Virus record (IMG/VR): IMGVR_UViG_3300036773_000096
Coordinates: 1-64,000 of that record
Reading direction: 5' to 3' (one strand)
Source: a virus
Length of the DNA stretch: 64,000 nt
The notes beneath the pieces were generated by a model. That model did no database searches and was not told the DNA's origin. It worked only from the letters and a program-made list of their open reading frames with translations. The translations under genes and the position numbers were made by a program. Positions 9,192 to 18,445 of the stretch are shown here, piece after piece (the stretch's first letter is position 1; every line of letters begins with the position of its first letter).

Positions 9192-10112
9192 ATGGCAGGT
9201 GGAACGGTTGCGAAGCGGCAGCCCACGGGGTTGCTGGCGACGCTTGAGCAGGTCGACGTCGCGGACTACCCGGCGTTGATCGAGGGCATTGACGGGATGC
9301 TGGAAGCCTTCGGCGCCAACGTGGGCGGCAAGCTGGATCTGTCCGACCTGGTGCGGGTGGGAGTGCCCACGGGCGGCGACACTGAGTGGAAGATTCCCAG
9401 TGCGCTGGGGGCCGCAACTCGGGTGCCGGTGATCGAGGCGATCCCGATTCACTGGGCGGACTCACGGGTGTACTGGCCCGGTGTGGAGCTGTCCAGCGAG
9501 CCCCCGTCGTGCTGGTCGACCGACGGTAAGACGCCGGACCCGATGGGCCTCTACGGGGACCTGGGTGACCTTTCGCACGAAAACCTCCCAGTGTCGGTGC
9601 TCGGTGCCGAGCCGAAGCGGTTGTGCGCTGGTTGCCCGCAGGACCAGTGGGGCAGCTCACCGAAGGAAGGCGCGAAGGGCAAGGCGTGCAAGCAGCAGAA
9701 GCTGCTGTTCGTCCTGGAGGCGGAGTCGATGCTGCCGATGCTGATCCAGGTGCCGCCGACGTCGCTGGCGGCGGTGCGCAAGGCGATGATCGAACTGACG
9801 GTGAAGACCCGCGCGCACTACTCCGGTTTCAAGCTGGCGTTCTCCCTGGTGGAGCGCGTGAAGAACGGTAATAAGTACGGCGAGATCGTGGTCAAGCTCG
9901 CTGGTGCGCTGCCCGGTGTTCGGGCAACGAAGGCGGGCGGACCGGAGGAGGGTTCCCCGGCGCACGCCGCGAAGGCCTACTCCGATGCGTTCGGTGCGCT
10001 GCTCACTCCGGAGGTGTTGGCCGCTGCGGCAGCGGGTGACGCCCCGGCGCCGTCGGGTGACGGCGGTTTGGGTGGCGACTTCGCCGATCACGGTGAGGGC
10101 GCAGGGACGTGA
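9192..10112 (+). CDS. probable ssDNA-binding / recombination protein
   Basis: CWSTDGKTP...CAGCPQDQWGS...GKACK pattern; acidic Gly-rich C-tail; directly upstream of primase. Confidence 0.55.
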   Translation: MAGGTVAKRQPTGLLATLEQVDVADYPALIEGIDGMLEAFGANVGGKLDLSDLVRVGVPTGGDTEWKIPSALGAATRVPVIEAIPIHWADSRVYWPGVELSSEPPSCWSTDGKTPDPMGLYGDLGDLSHENLPVSVLGAEPKRLCAGCPQDQWGSSPKEGAKGKACKQQKLLFVLEAESMLPMLIQVPPTSLAAVRKAMIELTVKTRAHYSGFKLAFSLVERVKNGNKYGEIVVKLAGALPGVRATKAGGPEEGSPAHAAKAYSDAFGALLTPEVLAAAAAGDAPAPSGDGGLGGDFADHGEGAGT

Positions 10113-12439
10113 GCGACGCCGAGCAGGCGCGAACCTTCGCAGGCGCGCTGCTCGGCGATCACGGCGGGATGCTGGACGGGTTGAGGTTGACGCTCTCAAC
10201 GTTCTCATCCGAGGCGCTGGGACCGCAGACGCATTGGCTGCCTGCTACGGCGGACAGCCTTGCGTCTGCGATCACCACCCACGCCGCAGCAAGTACCACG
10301 GTGGGGGTCTACGTCGGGGTGGGCCTCACTCGTGGCGCCCGCGCGATCGACCCGCAGACCGGCAAGGCTTATAAGCGCCTGGCCATGGCCGATGTGGACG
10401 GCCTGGCCTGGTTGTGGTCCGACATTGATATTGCTGGGGTGGCGCACGGTTCCCGCATGCCCCTGGTTCCCGACTTAGAGACCGCTGTCGCGGTCGCCCG
10501 CTGCACTGGCCTGATGCCTACCGCGTTGGTCAACACCGGTCACGGGGTGCAGGCGCACTGGCGTCTGGCCGAGCCACTGATCTACGGCTGCGTGGACTTC
10601 GACGACGACGGTGTGCCGATCATCGACCCGTCCCGGATCGCCGCTGACCGGGCGGCTGGTGAGGAGTTGGCGTGGTCGTTCGTCAAGAGCCTCCAGATTC
10701 GGGCGAAACGCCTGGGTGGCTGGCATGTGGATCCGACGACGGACACGAACCGTTTGGTGCGCTGCCCCGGCTCCTATAACCGCAAGGTCGCTGGTGATCA
10801 CCGTCCGGTGGTGTTGCTCGATGTCGACGCGTCGCGTCGCTATGACCTCGACGACATCCGGGCGGTGCTCGCGCCGGAGAAGCTGCTCGGACCCCTGCGC
10901 GGTGGGGACGCCGGTAACGGTGGCCAGACCATCGCGGGGGTGGATCTGCCGGGCTTGTGGGCGGGCGTGCGCCTGCTGGCACCGGCTTACGTGCCGGACT
11001 GGCTCGGAGCGATTCTCGATTCGGGGTGGGCGCCGGAGCTGGCGGCGATCTGGTCCGGGGCGGCCGACGCCCAGTACGACAATGATCATTCCAGTATTGA
11101 CGCGGCGCTGGTGACGGCACTGCTGCGGGAGAACATCGGCCTGGACTGTGTCGCTGAAGCGCTGATGTGCCGACGGCTGCGCATAGATCACCGGGTGGAG
11201 AAGGTTGATCCGGCCCGGCGGGGCGCCTACTACATCGGCCGCACGATCGGCCGGGTGCTGGCGTCGATGCGGGCTCGGGAGTCGACGACGGAGGGGCACC
11301 TGGCGGCGATCCAGGCGGTCACGGCGGAGGTGGCCGCTCAGGGGGATGACGACAACCCGGCTCCAAGCCAGCCCCAAACTGATCCCAATCTGGGAGCTAG
11401 TCCAGATGCTGTAGAGGCATCTGCATCAGAAGTTGTAGATGACGGGCTGGCCTATAACGAAAACGCCGTTACGTTGGAGGGTGAGCCGCCGGCCCCAACC
11501 CAGGTTGGAGCGCCGGGGCCCGATTCCAACGAAAGTGACGTCAGCGTTGGATCCGGGCCGGACAATGAAGGCGACGCCCCGGAGCCGCCCCTACTGCGGG
11601 CGGTGCCCCCGGTGGAGCCCGATCTGCTCGCTGAGCACGCCGACGCGCCGGTCGCGCCCCGTCAGGGCATTGACGACTCGCTGCCACGCGGGCCGCGCAA
11701 CTCCACAGAGGAGTTGCAGTGCGCGCAGCTGTCCACGGCGCTGGGGTTGCCGCCGGGGGTGACGGTGTGGACGGTGGGGGAACGCAAGCTCACTGGCAAC
11801 AACGAGGTCCGGGTGTGGCTGCGCCGCAGTGTCGACTCCGTGGTCAAGGGGGGCACGTGGCGGCCGGGTTCGGTGGGGGCGACGCGTTGGCACGCCAAAG
11901 GCGACTGGGATGCCCGTGCGCGGGTGTCGGGAATCTTGCAGCACGACCTGAACCTGTTCGTCGACGTGATGCGGGAGTGGCGTTCTGATGAGCAGGGCCT
12001 GAAGTTGATGTACGAGCTGTGCCGGGACATGCCGGCCGGTACCCCGGCTGAGGCGATGCGCTTGGCGGTGGTGGGGCTGTTGCGGCACTCGACGGGCACG
12101 GGACTGTTCGCCACGGCGTGCACGACGCGTGATCCGTGGGTGACTGACGACGATGGGGTGTGGATCCCGCTGGTGAACATCCGGGGGGCGATGCAGCGCT
12201 TGGGGCACACTCCGCCGGATGCGGCGCACATGGGCGACACGTTGGGGGAGTTGCGTTGCAAGGTGCGTGCGGGGATGGGCATCGAGGAGGGCAATCGGGT
12301 GGTGCATGACGCGGAGCAGTGGGTTCGGGTTCCGGAGGATCTGGTGGATGCGGAGTTGTGGGCGCAGGTGGGGATGCGGGCGGCGCAGCGCGACAGTGAC
12401 GACAAGCGCAATGACATTCGGGTGATCGGCGGTGAGTGA
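10109..12439 (+). CDS. RepB'-type DNA primase (AEP superfamily) with acidic linker and unknown C-terminal domain
   Basis: WLWSDID, VNTGHGVQAHWRL, DTNRLVRCPGSYNRK; no Walker motifs seen in C-terminus. Confidence 0.75.
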   Translation: MSDAEQARTFAGALLGDHGGMLDGLRLTLSTFSSEALGPQTHWLPATADSLASAITTHAAASTTVGVYVGVGLTRGARAIDPQTGKAYKRLAMADVDGLAWLWSDIDIAGVAHGSRMPLVPDLETAVAVARCTGLMPTALVNTGHGVQAHWRLAEPLIYGCVDFDDDGVPIIDPSRIAADRAAGEELAWSFVKSLQIRAKRLGGWHVDPTTDTNRLVRCPGSYNRKVAGDHRPVVLLDVDASRRYDLDDIRAVLAPEKLLGPLRGGDAGNGGQTIAGVDLPGLWAGVRLLAPAYVPDWLGAILDSGWAPELAAIWSGAADAQYDNDHSSIDAALVTALLRENIGLDCVAEALMCRRLRIDHRVEKVDPARRGAYYIGRTIGRVLASMRARESTTEGHLAAIQAVTAEVAAQGDDDNPAPSQPQTDPNLGASPDAVEASASEVVDDGLAYNENAVTLEGEPPAPTQVGAPGPDSNESDVSVGSGPDNEGDAPEPPLLRAVPPVEPDLLAEHADAPVAPRQGIDDSLPRGPRNSTEELQCAQLSTALGLPPGVTVWTVGERKLTGNNEVRVWLRRSVDSVVKGGTWRPGSVGATRWHAKGDWDARARVSGILQHDLNLFVDVMREWRSDEQGLKLMYELCRDMPAGTPAEAMRLAVVGLLRHSTGTGLFATACTTRDPWVTDDDGVWIPLVNIRGAMQRLGHTPPDAAHMGDTLGELRCKVRAGMGIEEGNRVVHDAEQWVRVPEDLVDAELWAQVGMRAAQRDSDDKRNDIRVIGGE

Positions 12440-12710
12440 GTGGATCGGCTCCGACACCGGGGTTGTTGATGTTGTCGGGCCGATCGAGACGCTGTTGTGG
12501 CTGGCGGTGCTGGTTGATGATGGGCCGCTGCACCGCTGCATCGCGTGTAGTCGGATGACGGTGTGGCGTCACCCGACGCACGGTGGGGTGCATCCGCGCT
12601 GCATCCCGGCGGCGATGGCCGCGCTCGATGACGGGGGCGCGGAGCCGGTGATTCCGAACCAGTCGCCGACGCGGTCGCGGGGGGCCTATTCCCGCCGGGG
12701 CAAGGTCTAG
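12432..12710 (+). CDS. hypothetical protein (CxxC, HxxC)
   Basis: Overlaps primase stop; CIAC...HPRC. Confidence 0.6.
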   Translation: MSEWIGSDTGVVDVVGPIETLLWLAVLVDDGPLHRCIACSRMTVWRHPTHGGVHPRCIPAAMAALDDGGAEPVIPNQSPTRSRGAYSRRGKV

Positions 12711-12716
12711 CCTGTA

Positions 12717-12739
12717 TGGTAGGCTGAACCTCGTTCCGG
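12717..12739 (+). promoter_or_regulatory. conserved element copy 4 (TGGTAGGCT-N7-GTTCCGG)
   Basis: Same spacing; upstream of AGGAGG RBS. Confidence 0.75.
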
Positions 12740-12759
12740 TCGACGTCCAGGAGGTTCCT

Positions 12760-13152
12760 TTGTCCAACCCCATCGTTATTAGATCGTTCGGCTACCTACA
12801 CGGTGAGCTGCCAGGAGACTACGACCTCACCGTCGATGTCCGGCGCCACCTGCGGGACCCCCACATCGATCCGGCATTCCGGGAACTCAACGGTCAAAAT
12901 GTGCAGGTCATCCAGCGGGTACTGGAGACTCCCGGCGCTCTTGGTTTGATCAACGGCCTACTCATCGCGATCGACGCCATCTACCCGATCGCCCTGGATC
13001 GCGGAGTGGCGCTGAGGGTCGCCATCGGCTGCGCGGGGGGGCGGCATCGCTCCGTGGTTCTCGCCGATCACCTCGCCTACCGGCTGACCTCGACCCAACG
13101 GCTAGCCGTGGTGGGTCACCGCGATCTCGGCAAGCCTGTGGTGCTCCGATGA
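12760..13152 (+). CDS. stand-alone RapZ C-terminal domain protein
   Basis: SFGYLHG...DLTVDVRRHLRDP...VAIGCAGGRHRSV. Confidence 0.85.
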   Translation: MSNPIVIRSFGYLHGELPGDYDLTVDVRRHLRDPHIDPAFRELNGQNVQVIQRVLETPGALGLINGLLIAIDAIYPIALDRGVALRVAIGCAGGRHRSVVLADHLAYRLTSTQRLAVVGHRDLGKPVVLR

Positions 13153-13664
13153 AGCGACGCGACGTCCTGCCCGGTCACGCCGAGCGCCCCGACCGGCGCG
13201 ATCTGGGCAAGACCGGCAAGACCGGCAGTCACGCGTTCGCGACGACACCCGCGTGCCAGTGCGGCTGGAGAGGCACTGAGGTGCTACTGCCCCCGTCGCG
13301 GGGCGGATCGGCCAGAGCGCAGCGCCAGCATCAAGCCCACGTCGCGGACCTGATCTCCCGCAGCCCAGAGTTCACCCTGGATCGGGCGCGGTCGGAATGG
13401 CGCGACTGGTGCCCCGGCAACGGTGCCGCCTACCGGGTGCGGGTCCTGCCCATCTGCGGTGGCATGGCCGACACCGACCGGATCCTGCTGGTCAACGTGG
13501 GCGCCCGCACGTGGGCCTTCCAGTACCCCATCAACCCGACCCGCCAGGAACGGTTCAAGCTCCACGCCGACTACATCGTGCCCCTGTTCAAGGGTGTCCC
13601 CCCGTCGGTGCAGACGGCGACCGAACCACTACTGAAAGCCCTGGGTGCTCTTGATGGCGAGTAA
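13149..13664 (+). CDS. hypothetical protein
   Basis: ATGA coupling; CQCGW motif. Confidence 0.6.
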   Translation: MKRRDVLPGHAERPDRRDLGKTGKTGSHAFATTPACQCGWRGTEVLLPPSRGGSARAQRQHQAHVADLISRSPEFTLDRARSEWRDWCPGNGAAYRVRVLPICGGMADTDRILLVNVGARTWAFQYPINPTRQERFKLHADYIVPLFKGVPPSVQTATEPLLKALGALDGE

Positions 13665-13914
13665 ACGCGAGCGGCTACGCAAGGCGCGCGGGGCGGTGAT
13701 GCGCGACCTCGTGGAGTACCTGGAGCGGGCGCAGTGCATGAGTGACCTCGACGAGGTGATCGTGATCGAGAACCTGATCGTGGAGCTGCGCCGTCGCGGC
13801 GGCATGCCCGTGGTGACACCCCTGCCCGGTCAGCAACAGCTACCCGGCATGGGCCTGTTCGCGATCACTTTCAACGCTAAGGAGGGCCTCGATGTCGACA
13901 CCAGCCATACCTGA
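13654..13914 (+). CDS. hypothetical protein
   Basis: Coupled ORF. Confidence 0.55.
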   Translation: MASKRERLRKARGAVMRDLVEYLERAQCMSDLDEVIVIENLIVELRRRGGMPVVTPLPGQQQLPGMGLFAITFNAKEGLDVDTSHT

Positions 13915-14239
13915 CCTGGAGTTCTCCTGCCCCCCGTGTGCCCTGTGCGGGGAGGAGACCAACTACGAAGATGGCTACTTCGACTGTGGCAACTGCCAGC
14001 TGTCCTGGCCAAAGGAAGGTCGCGACGGTTTCCGAGCCAACCACGAGATTCCGCAGTGCCTCACTGAGCGATCACCATTCACCCATTACGAGGATGTGGT
14101 GATCCGTAAGCGCCGCTACTGCTGCTTACTCGACGCTGAACACCCGCTGCCGCACCGTGGTGTTCGCATCGACGACCTCGACGGCTACGACACCCACGAA
14201 TGGTCAGACGTCGATCAGGAAGCCGGAGTGAGAGCGTGA
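13892..14239 (+). CDS. Zn-finger hypothetical protein
   Basis: CPPCALC...CGNC; GGAGGG RBS. Confidence 0.65.
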   Translation: MSTPAIPDLEFSCPPCALCGEETNYEDGYFDCGNCQLSWPKEGRDGFRANHEIPQCLTERSPFTHYEDVVIRKRRYCCLLDAEHPLPHRGVRIDDLDGYDTHEWSDVDQEAGVRA

Positions 14240-14673
14240 GTCCGACCCCAGCGGAAGTCTTGGCGAACGCGTTCTCGATCCGCATGCGCAGGTTCATGCG
14301 CGGTGAGGAGGTCCCTGCCACCTCAGAGGAGATAGCCGCTTTCGTGCTGTCCACCCTGGAAGACGCGGGATTCGCGGTGCTGGCCTTAACCCAGCCCACT
14401 GATGTGCGGATCACGGCCGGCGGGGCGCTGTGCGCCACGTTCGGGACGGTCGACGTCACTGTGGTCGACCGAACCTGGTGGATTGATCACCGGGTGACCG
14501 GGACGACGTTGAGTGATCTCAGTTCTCCCGATGCTGGTGCCGACTACGCCGCCGCGCTGCGGTGGGCGCAGGCCCGCCTGGTTGAGCAGGCCGAGTTCGG
14601 TGCCGACAATGACCGGTGCGACCCGACGCGGGGCTATCACAGCACCCCGCACCGGGGGTGCATCCTGCGATGA
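14236..14673 (+). CDS. hypothetical protein
   Basis: GTGA coupling. Confidence 0.6.
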   Translation: MSPTPAEVLANAFSIRMRRFMRGEEVPATSEEIAAFVLSTLEDAGFAVLALTQPTDVRITAGGALCATFGTVDVTVVDRTWWIDHRVTGTTLSDLSSPDAGADYAAALRWAQARLVEQAEFGADNDRCDPTRGYHSTPHRGCILR

Positions 14674-15485
14674 CGCTACGTCGACCCTGGAGCGTGTCCG
14701 CGCACCGGCTCTACAGCGGGTGCCCGCGCGCGTGGTGGCTGCACAACGTCGCCAATGTTGAGCCCGAGGACACCGCTGAAAGCGCGCGGGGGATTGTGAT
14801 GCACGCGGGGCTGGCCGTCGGCTACGCCCAGTGGGATGACTGCCGGCGGCGGTGGCTGGCCCCGGTGGTGACCCATCGCCGGGTCGGTGATGTTGTCGAC
14901 TCCGCCATCATCGAAGCGGCGATCCGCGCGAACGTCGAGGACACCCTAGATCTCGACGAGGCTTACGACACGGTGATGCGCGCGCTGAACTACTTAGGGC
15001 CCCAGCCCGGTGACTTCGTGATCGGCACTGAGGTCAACATGGAGATCACCGTCGACGGGGTGCCGATCATCTACCGGGCCGATGTGCTCTACGAGCGGGC
15101 CGAGGTGCTGGTGGTGCGGGACTGGAAATCCACCGTTGAGCTACCCCGGTCTCGGGACTTGCAGCGCAACCGCCAGCTCGCGCTGGGTGCGTTGTGCGCG
15201 GGCCGCACCTACGCCCCGAAGCGGATCGACATCGAGATCGCGTCGATCAACGCTGCGGTCGCGGTGTCCGCGCCGATCAACGTCACCGCTGCCCGCACGG
15301 CGGGCTCGGCGGTGGCCGCCACGGCCCGGCAAGCGGAGGTCGATACGAGGTTTACGCCGACGCCGGGCGCGGTGTGCGCGGAGTGCAAGGTGCGGGCCTA
15401 CTGCCCGGCGTTCGCCCCGACGGGCAGCGCCCTACCGACGCCCGGTCCGGATGGTCAGCGAGCGACGGAGGCGTCGGTGCTGTGA
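14670..15485 (+). CDS. PD-(D/E)XK nuclease, Cas4/RecB-like
   Basis: SVS...CPR, GIVMHAGL, RADVL...DWKS, QLAL, CAECKVRAYC. Confidence 0.85.
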   Translation: MTLRRPWSVSAHRLYSGCPRAWWLHNVANVEPEDTAESARGIVMHAGLAVGYAQWDDCRRRWLAPVVTHRRVGDVVDSAIIEAAIRANVEDTLDLDEAYDTVMRALNYLGPQPGDFVIGTEVNMEITVDGVPIIYRADVLYERAEVLVVRDWKSTVELPRSRDLQRNRQLALGALCAGRTYAPKRIDIEIASINAAVAVSAPINVTAARTAGSAVAATARQAEVDTRFTPTPGAVCAECKVRAYCPAFAPTGSALPTPGPDGQRATEASVL

Positions 15486-15640
15486 ATGCTTGCCCGTATT
15501 GCCAGGAACCGTTTCATGCCGCCGGGTATGCCCGTGACCATCTGGTCACCAATAAGTGCGGCAAGGTGCCACCCCACGCCCAGCAGGTAACCGGACGGAA
15601 CAAAAGGACAGCCCGGAAACGGGCGGGATGGAAACGATGA
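15482..15640 (+). CDS. small Zn-finger protein with basic tail
   Basis: CPYC...H....C; coupled at both ends. Confidence 0.55.
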   Translation: MNACPYCQEPFHAAGYARDHLVTNKCGKVPPHAQQVTGRNKRTARKRAGWKR

Positions 15641-16167
15641 CTACAACGACTATGCAACCGCCACCGCACTTGGTGTGCAAAGACGCCGTGATCCGGGGCG
15701 AGAGCCGGGAGTACCGCTATCAGCTCACTCGGGTGTGGGATCCCCGACTGCCCTACTGCGTGTGGGTCATGCTGAATCCGAGCACTGCTGATGCGCGTTC
15801 CGATGACGCCACGATCCGTAAGTGCATGGGCTTCGCGATGTCATGGAAGTGCGGCGGCATCACTGTCGTCAACCTGTTCGCCTGGCGTTCCCGTAGCCCG
15901 AAAGCCCTCCTCGTCCCCGGCATTGACGCTGTGGGGCCGGAAAACGATCACTACATCAGCCTGGCAGTGCGCGGCGCCGCGCTCGTGGTGTGCGGGTGGG
16001 GTGCGACGCCCTACGCAGCGACCCGCGCGCCGGAGGTGACCGCGAGGATCTGGCGTCATAGTCCCCGGCCGCCGATGTGCCTGGGCACCGTGAAGTCGGG
16101 CGAACCCAAGCATCCCCTGACCTTGGGGTATGCGACCGGGCTTGTGACCTTCGGATCGAGGCCCTGA
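15637..16167 (+). CDS. DUF1643 family protein
   Basis: YRYQLTRVW...VMLNPSTADARSDDATIRKC...VVNLFAWRS. Confidence 0.9.
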   Translation: MTTTTMQPPPHLVCKDAVIRGESREYRYQLTRVWDPRLPYCVWVMLNPSTADARSDDATIRKCMGFAMSWKCGGITVVNLFAWRSRSPKALLVPGIDAVGPENDHYISLAVRGAALVVCGWGATPYAATRAPEVTARIWRHSPRPPMCLGTVKSGEPKHPLTLGYATGLVTFGSRP

Positions 16168-16847
16168 TGGCTACTACCACCATGAACATGACCGCACTGG
16201 CGGCCAACATCGCCCGCAGTGTGGGCCAAGAGTTCCCTGCGCCGGCCGGCGAGATGGCGTTGCGCCAGTTCATGTCGCTGGTCGAGGAGGGCGACGAGCT
16301 GAAGCAGGCGATACGGGACGGGACGATTCGGGAACTGCGTGACGAGTTCGCCGATGCATTGATCACCGTCTATCTGCTGAACCACTACCTCCCACAGCTT
16401 GACCTTGATGCGGAGCTTGCGGCGTGGACCGACGGGGCGAAGCCGGAATCGCTGTACGCAGACCAGTTGCCTGGCTACTACATCGCCCAGCTCGCCCAGC
16501 CGTTGCGCCGGGCACTGGGGCACGCTCGGCGGCCGGGTGAGTGGAGCGCGGTGGGGATCGCCATGGTTCGGGTGGTGCTCGCGATCCGCTCCCACGCTGA
16601 GCAGTCCGGCGTCAACCTGACCAGTGCGGTTACCGACAAGGCTGACGTGATTTTCACGCGGGGTTGGCGGACGGTCGCTGCCCTGAACTGCGATGTCTGC
16701 GGTAAGCCCATCATCGGCATCGGGTGGCGGCATCACCGGCTGGGTGTGGTCATCCACGGCGACGACGCGTGCCAGTCCAACGTGCGCGGTGAGGACGTCC
16801 GGGGCCACTGCATGACCATGATCCAGTGCGGGGCGGGGGCCGGCTGA
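16167..16847 (+). CDS. MazG-like nucleotide pyrophosphohydrolase
   Basis: LVEEGDEL...LRDEFADALITVY; C-terminal Cys/His cluster. Confidence 0.75.
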   Translation: MATTTMNMTALAANIARSVGQEFPAPAGEMALRQFMSLVEEGDELKQAIRDGTIRELRDEFADALITVYLLNHYLPQLDLDAELAAWTDGAKPESLYADQLPGYYIAQLAQPLRRALGHARRPGEWSAVGIAMVRVVLAIRSHAEQSGVNLTSAVTDKADVIFTRGWRTVAALNCDVCGKPIIGIGWRHHRLGVVIHGDDACQSNVRGEDVRGHCMTMIQCGAGAG

Positions 16848-17338
16848 TGTGCCGCATCCAGGACTGTGACCCGTGGAAGATCTACCGGGAGGCCAAGCGC
16901 ACCGCCCGCAAGCCGCACAAGTGCTATGAGTGCGACCGGACCATCGCCAAGGGCGAGCGGTACCACTACGCGACTGGCCTGGGGCCGGACTCGGACCGCT
17001 GGGACGTCTTCCACGTGTGCGCGCATTGCGACACGGCAGCGCAGTGGCTGGTCGTGGTGTGCGGCGGCTACCTCTACGGCGGGGTCCGGGAGGAGCTGGA
17101 GGAACACTGGGGCGAAGACCTCACGTTCCGCTCCAACGCGCTGCACTCGGCGATCTGCGGCATCGCGCGGGCCTGGAAGACCCGCAAAGGCGACGGGCTG
17201 ATGCCGGTGCCGCGCGACGCCGTGTTAGCGGCGCGGTTGGTGATGGCACCGATCCACGAACAGGAGCGGGTTGGCCGAGAAGTGTGGCAGGTCCGGTGCG
17301 ACCTGAACCTGGCCGGCAATAAGCGGTGGGCGGCGTGA
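16847..17338 (+). CDS. Cys-rich putative Zn-binding protein
   Basis: ARKPHKCYECDRTIAKGERY...VCAHC; shares motif with 1259-1471. Confidence 0.7.
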   Translation: MCRIQDCDPWKIYREAKRTARKPHKCYECDRTIAKGERYHYATGLGPDSDRWDVFHVCAHCDTAAQWLVVVCGGYLYGGVREELEEHWGEDLTFRSNALHSAICGIARAWKTRKGDGLMPVPRDAVLAARLVMAPIHEQERVGREVWQVRCDLNLAGNKRWAA

Positions 17339-17607
17339 CCGGCCCGGCGCCGGAGGTCCCGGTCAACGGTGCGGTGTGGTCGGCCAGTGGGCACGGTTGG
17401 GTGTGCGTGGGCTGCGCCTACCACGAGTCAGCGCCGCTGGAGATCTCCGAGCGGCCCGCCATGCTGGTCGTGCACGGGATGTCGTGGTGTGCGATCCACG
17501 GGTCGACGGCGATGCGGGCGTTCACCGACCCCGCCACGGAGTCCCCCGCGCAGGCGGTGGCCCGGATCATGGGGCTGCACGGGCGGGATAAGAGGTGCTG
17601 GGAATGA
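17335..17607 (+). CDS. hypothetical protein
   Basis: Coupled; CVGC...CAIH. Confidence 0.55.
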   Translation: MTGPAPEVPVNGAVWSASGHGWVCVGCAYHESAPLEISERPAMLVVHGMSWCAIHGSTAMRAFTDPATESPAQAVARIMGLHGRDKRCWE

Positions 17608-17852
17608 GCGTGAAGGTACCGAAGGCGTTCTCCGCCATCGGCTACTCCGGGGATTTCCACACGACGATGTCGTTCATGAATGACGCCGATCGGGAGGACT
17701 ACCGGGCTAAGGCACCGTGCCTGCTGGGCAACACCGGGTGGATGGTGCTGGAGGTCGACGCTGACGGGTACGGCGTGCTGGTTCGCCGCGACAGCGCCGC
17801 GATATGTGATCTTGTTTTCATGCCGAAATTGGAGGCACCAGATGAAGGTTGA
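17604..17852 (+). CDS. hypothetical protein
   Basis: Coupled ORF. Confidence 0.55.
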   Translation: MSVKVPKAFSAIGYSGDFHTTMSFMNDADREDYRAKAPCLLGNTGWMVLEVDADGYGVLVRRDSAAICDLVFMPKLEAPDEG

Positions 17853-18291
17853 CCCGCTCGCGTTCGCGGTGCTCTTACCGAGCTTGTGGGCCGCCCACAA
17901 TGTGGGGGATCACGTCGCGCAGACCGATCACCAGGCGAACCGCAAAATGAAGGACTGGTCGGCGATGGCCGGGCACATCGCCACCTACCAGGGCGCCCAG
18001 GCGGTCGCGGTGGGCGCTGTACTGGCCACCACGGGACTGCGGTGCGGTCGCTGGGGCCTACTGGCCGGCACGGTGATCTCGGCTGCGAGCCACGCGTTCA
18101 TCGACCGTCGCTGGCCGGTCGCGGCTGTGCTCGAAGCCACGGGCTCACCGGGGTTCGCTGACCTGACGGTCTCCGCCCGGCGCGGGACAGTGAAGTTCCA
18201 GTTCCCCCAGGGCATGTATCTGGCTGATCAGGCGCTGCATCACGGGTGCCTGTTCGTCGCGGCGCTGGTGATGGCGGCCCGGCGTGGATGA
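17842..18291 (+). CDS. DUF3307 family membrane protein
   Basis: AHNVGDHVAQT...SHAFIDRR...ADQALH; GGAGG RBS. Confidence 0.85.
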   Translation: MKVDPLAFAVLLPSLWAAHNVGDHVAQTDHQANRKMKDWSAMAGHIATYQGAQAVAVGAVLATTGLRCGRWGLLAGTVISAASHAFIDRRWPVAAVLEATGSPGFADLTVSARRGTVKFQFPQGMYLADQALHHGCLFVAALVMAARRG

Positions 18292-18445
18292 ACCTGAATC
18301 GCCGGACGCACCGACGCTGATCTTCGATGACCTGCTGGCGAACTGGGGCGACTGGTATGCCACCCAGCAGAAAAACGAAGCGGTCCTTTCGGGTGCACTC
18401 GACGGCGACACCACTCAGCGGGCGACACCGGAGGAGGCGCAGTGA
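18284..18445 (+). CDS. small acidic hypothetical protein (53 aa, MDEPESPDAP...)
   Basis: Read by hand; fills gap, GTGA overlap with next gene. Confidence 0.5.
   Translation: MDEPESPDAPTLIFDDLLANWGDWYATQQKNEAVLSGALDGDTTQRATPEEAQ

Noticed and set aside
13030-13045. G7 run in the RapZ-like gene as a phase-variation tract
   Set aside because: Short, in frame and encodes the conserved GCxGG motif
14670-15485. Cas4-like gene as evidence of a CRISPR system
   Set aside because: No repeat-spacer array or other cas genes; solo Cas4-like nucleases are common in phages
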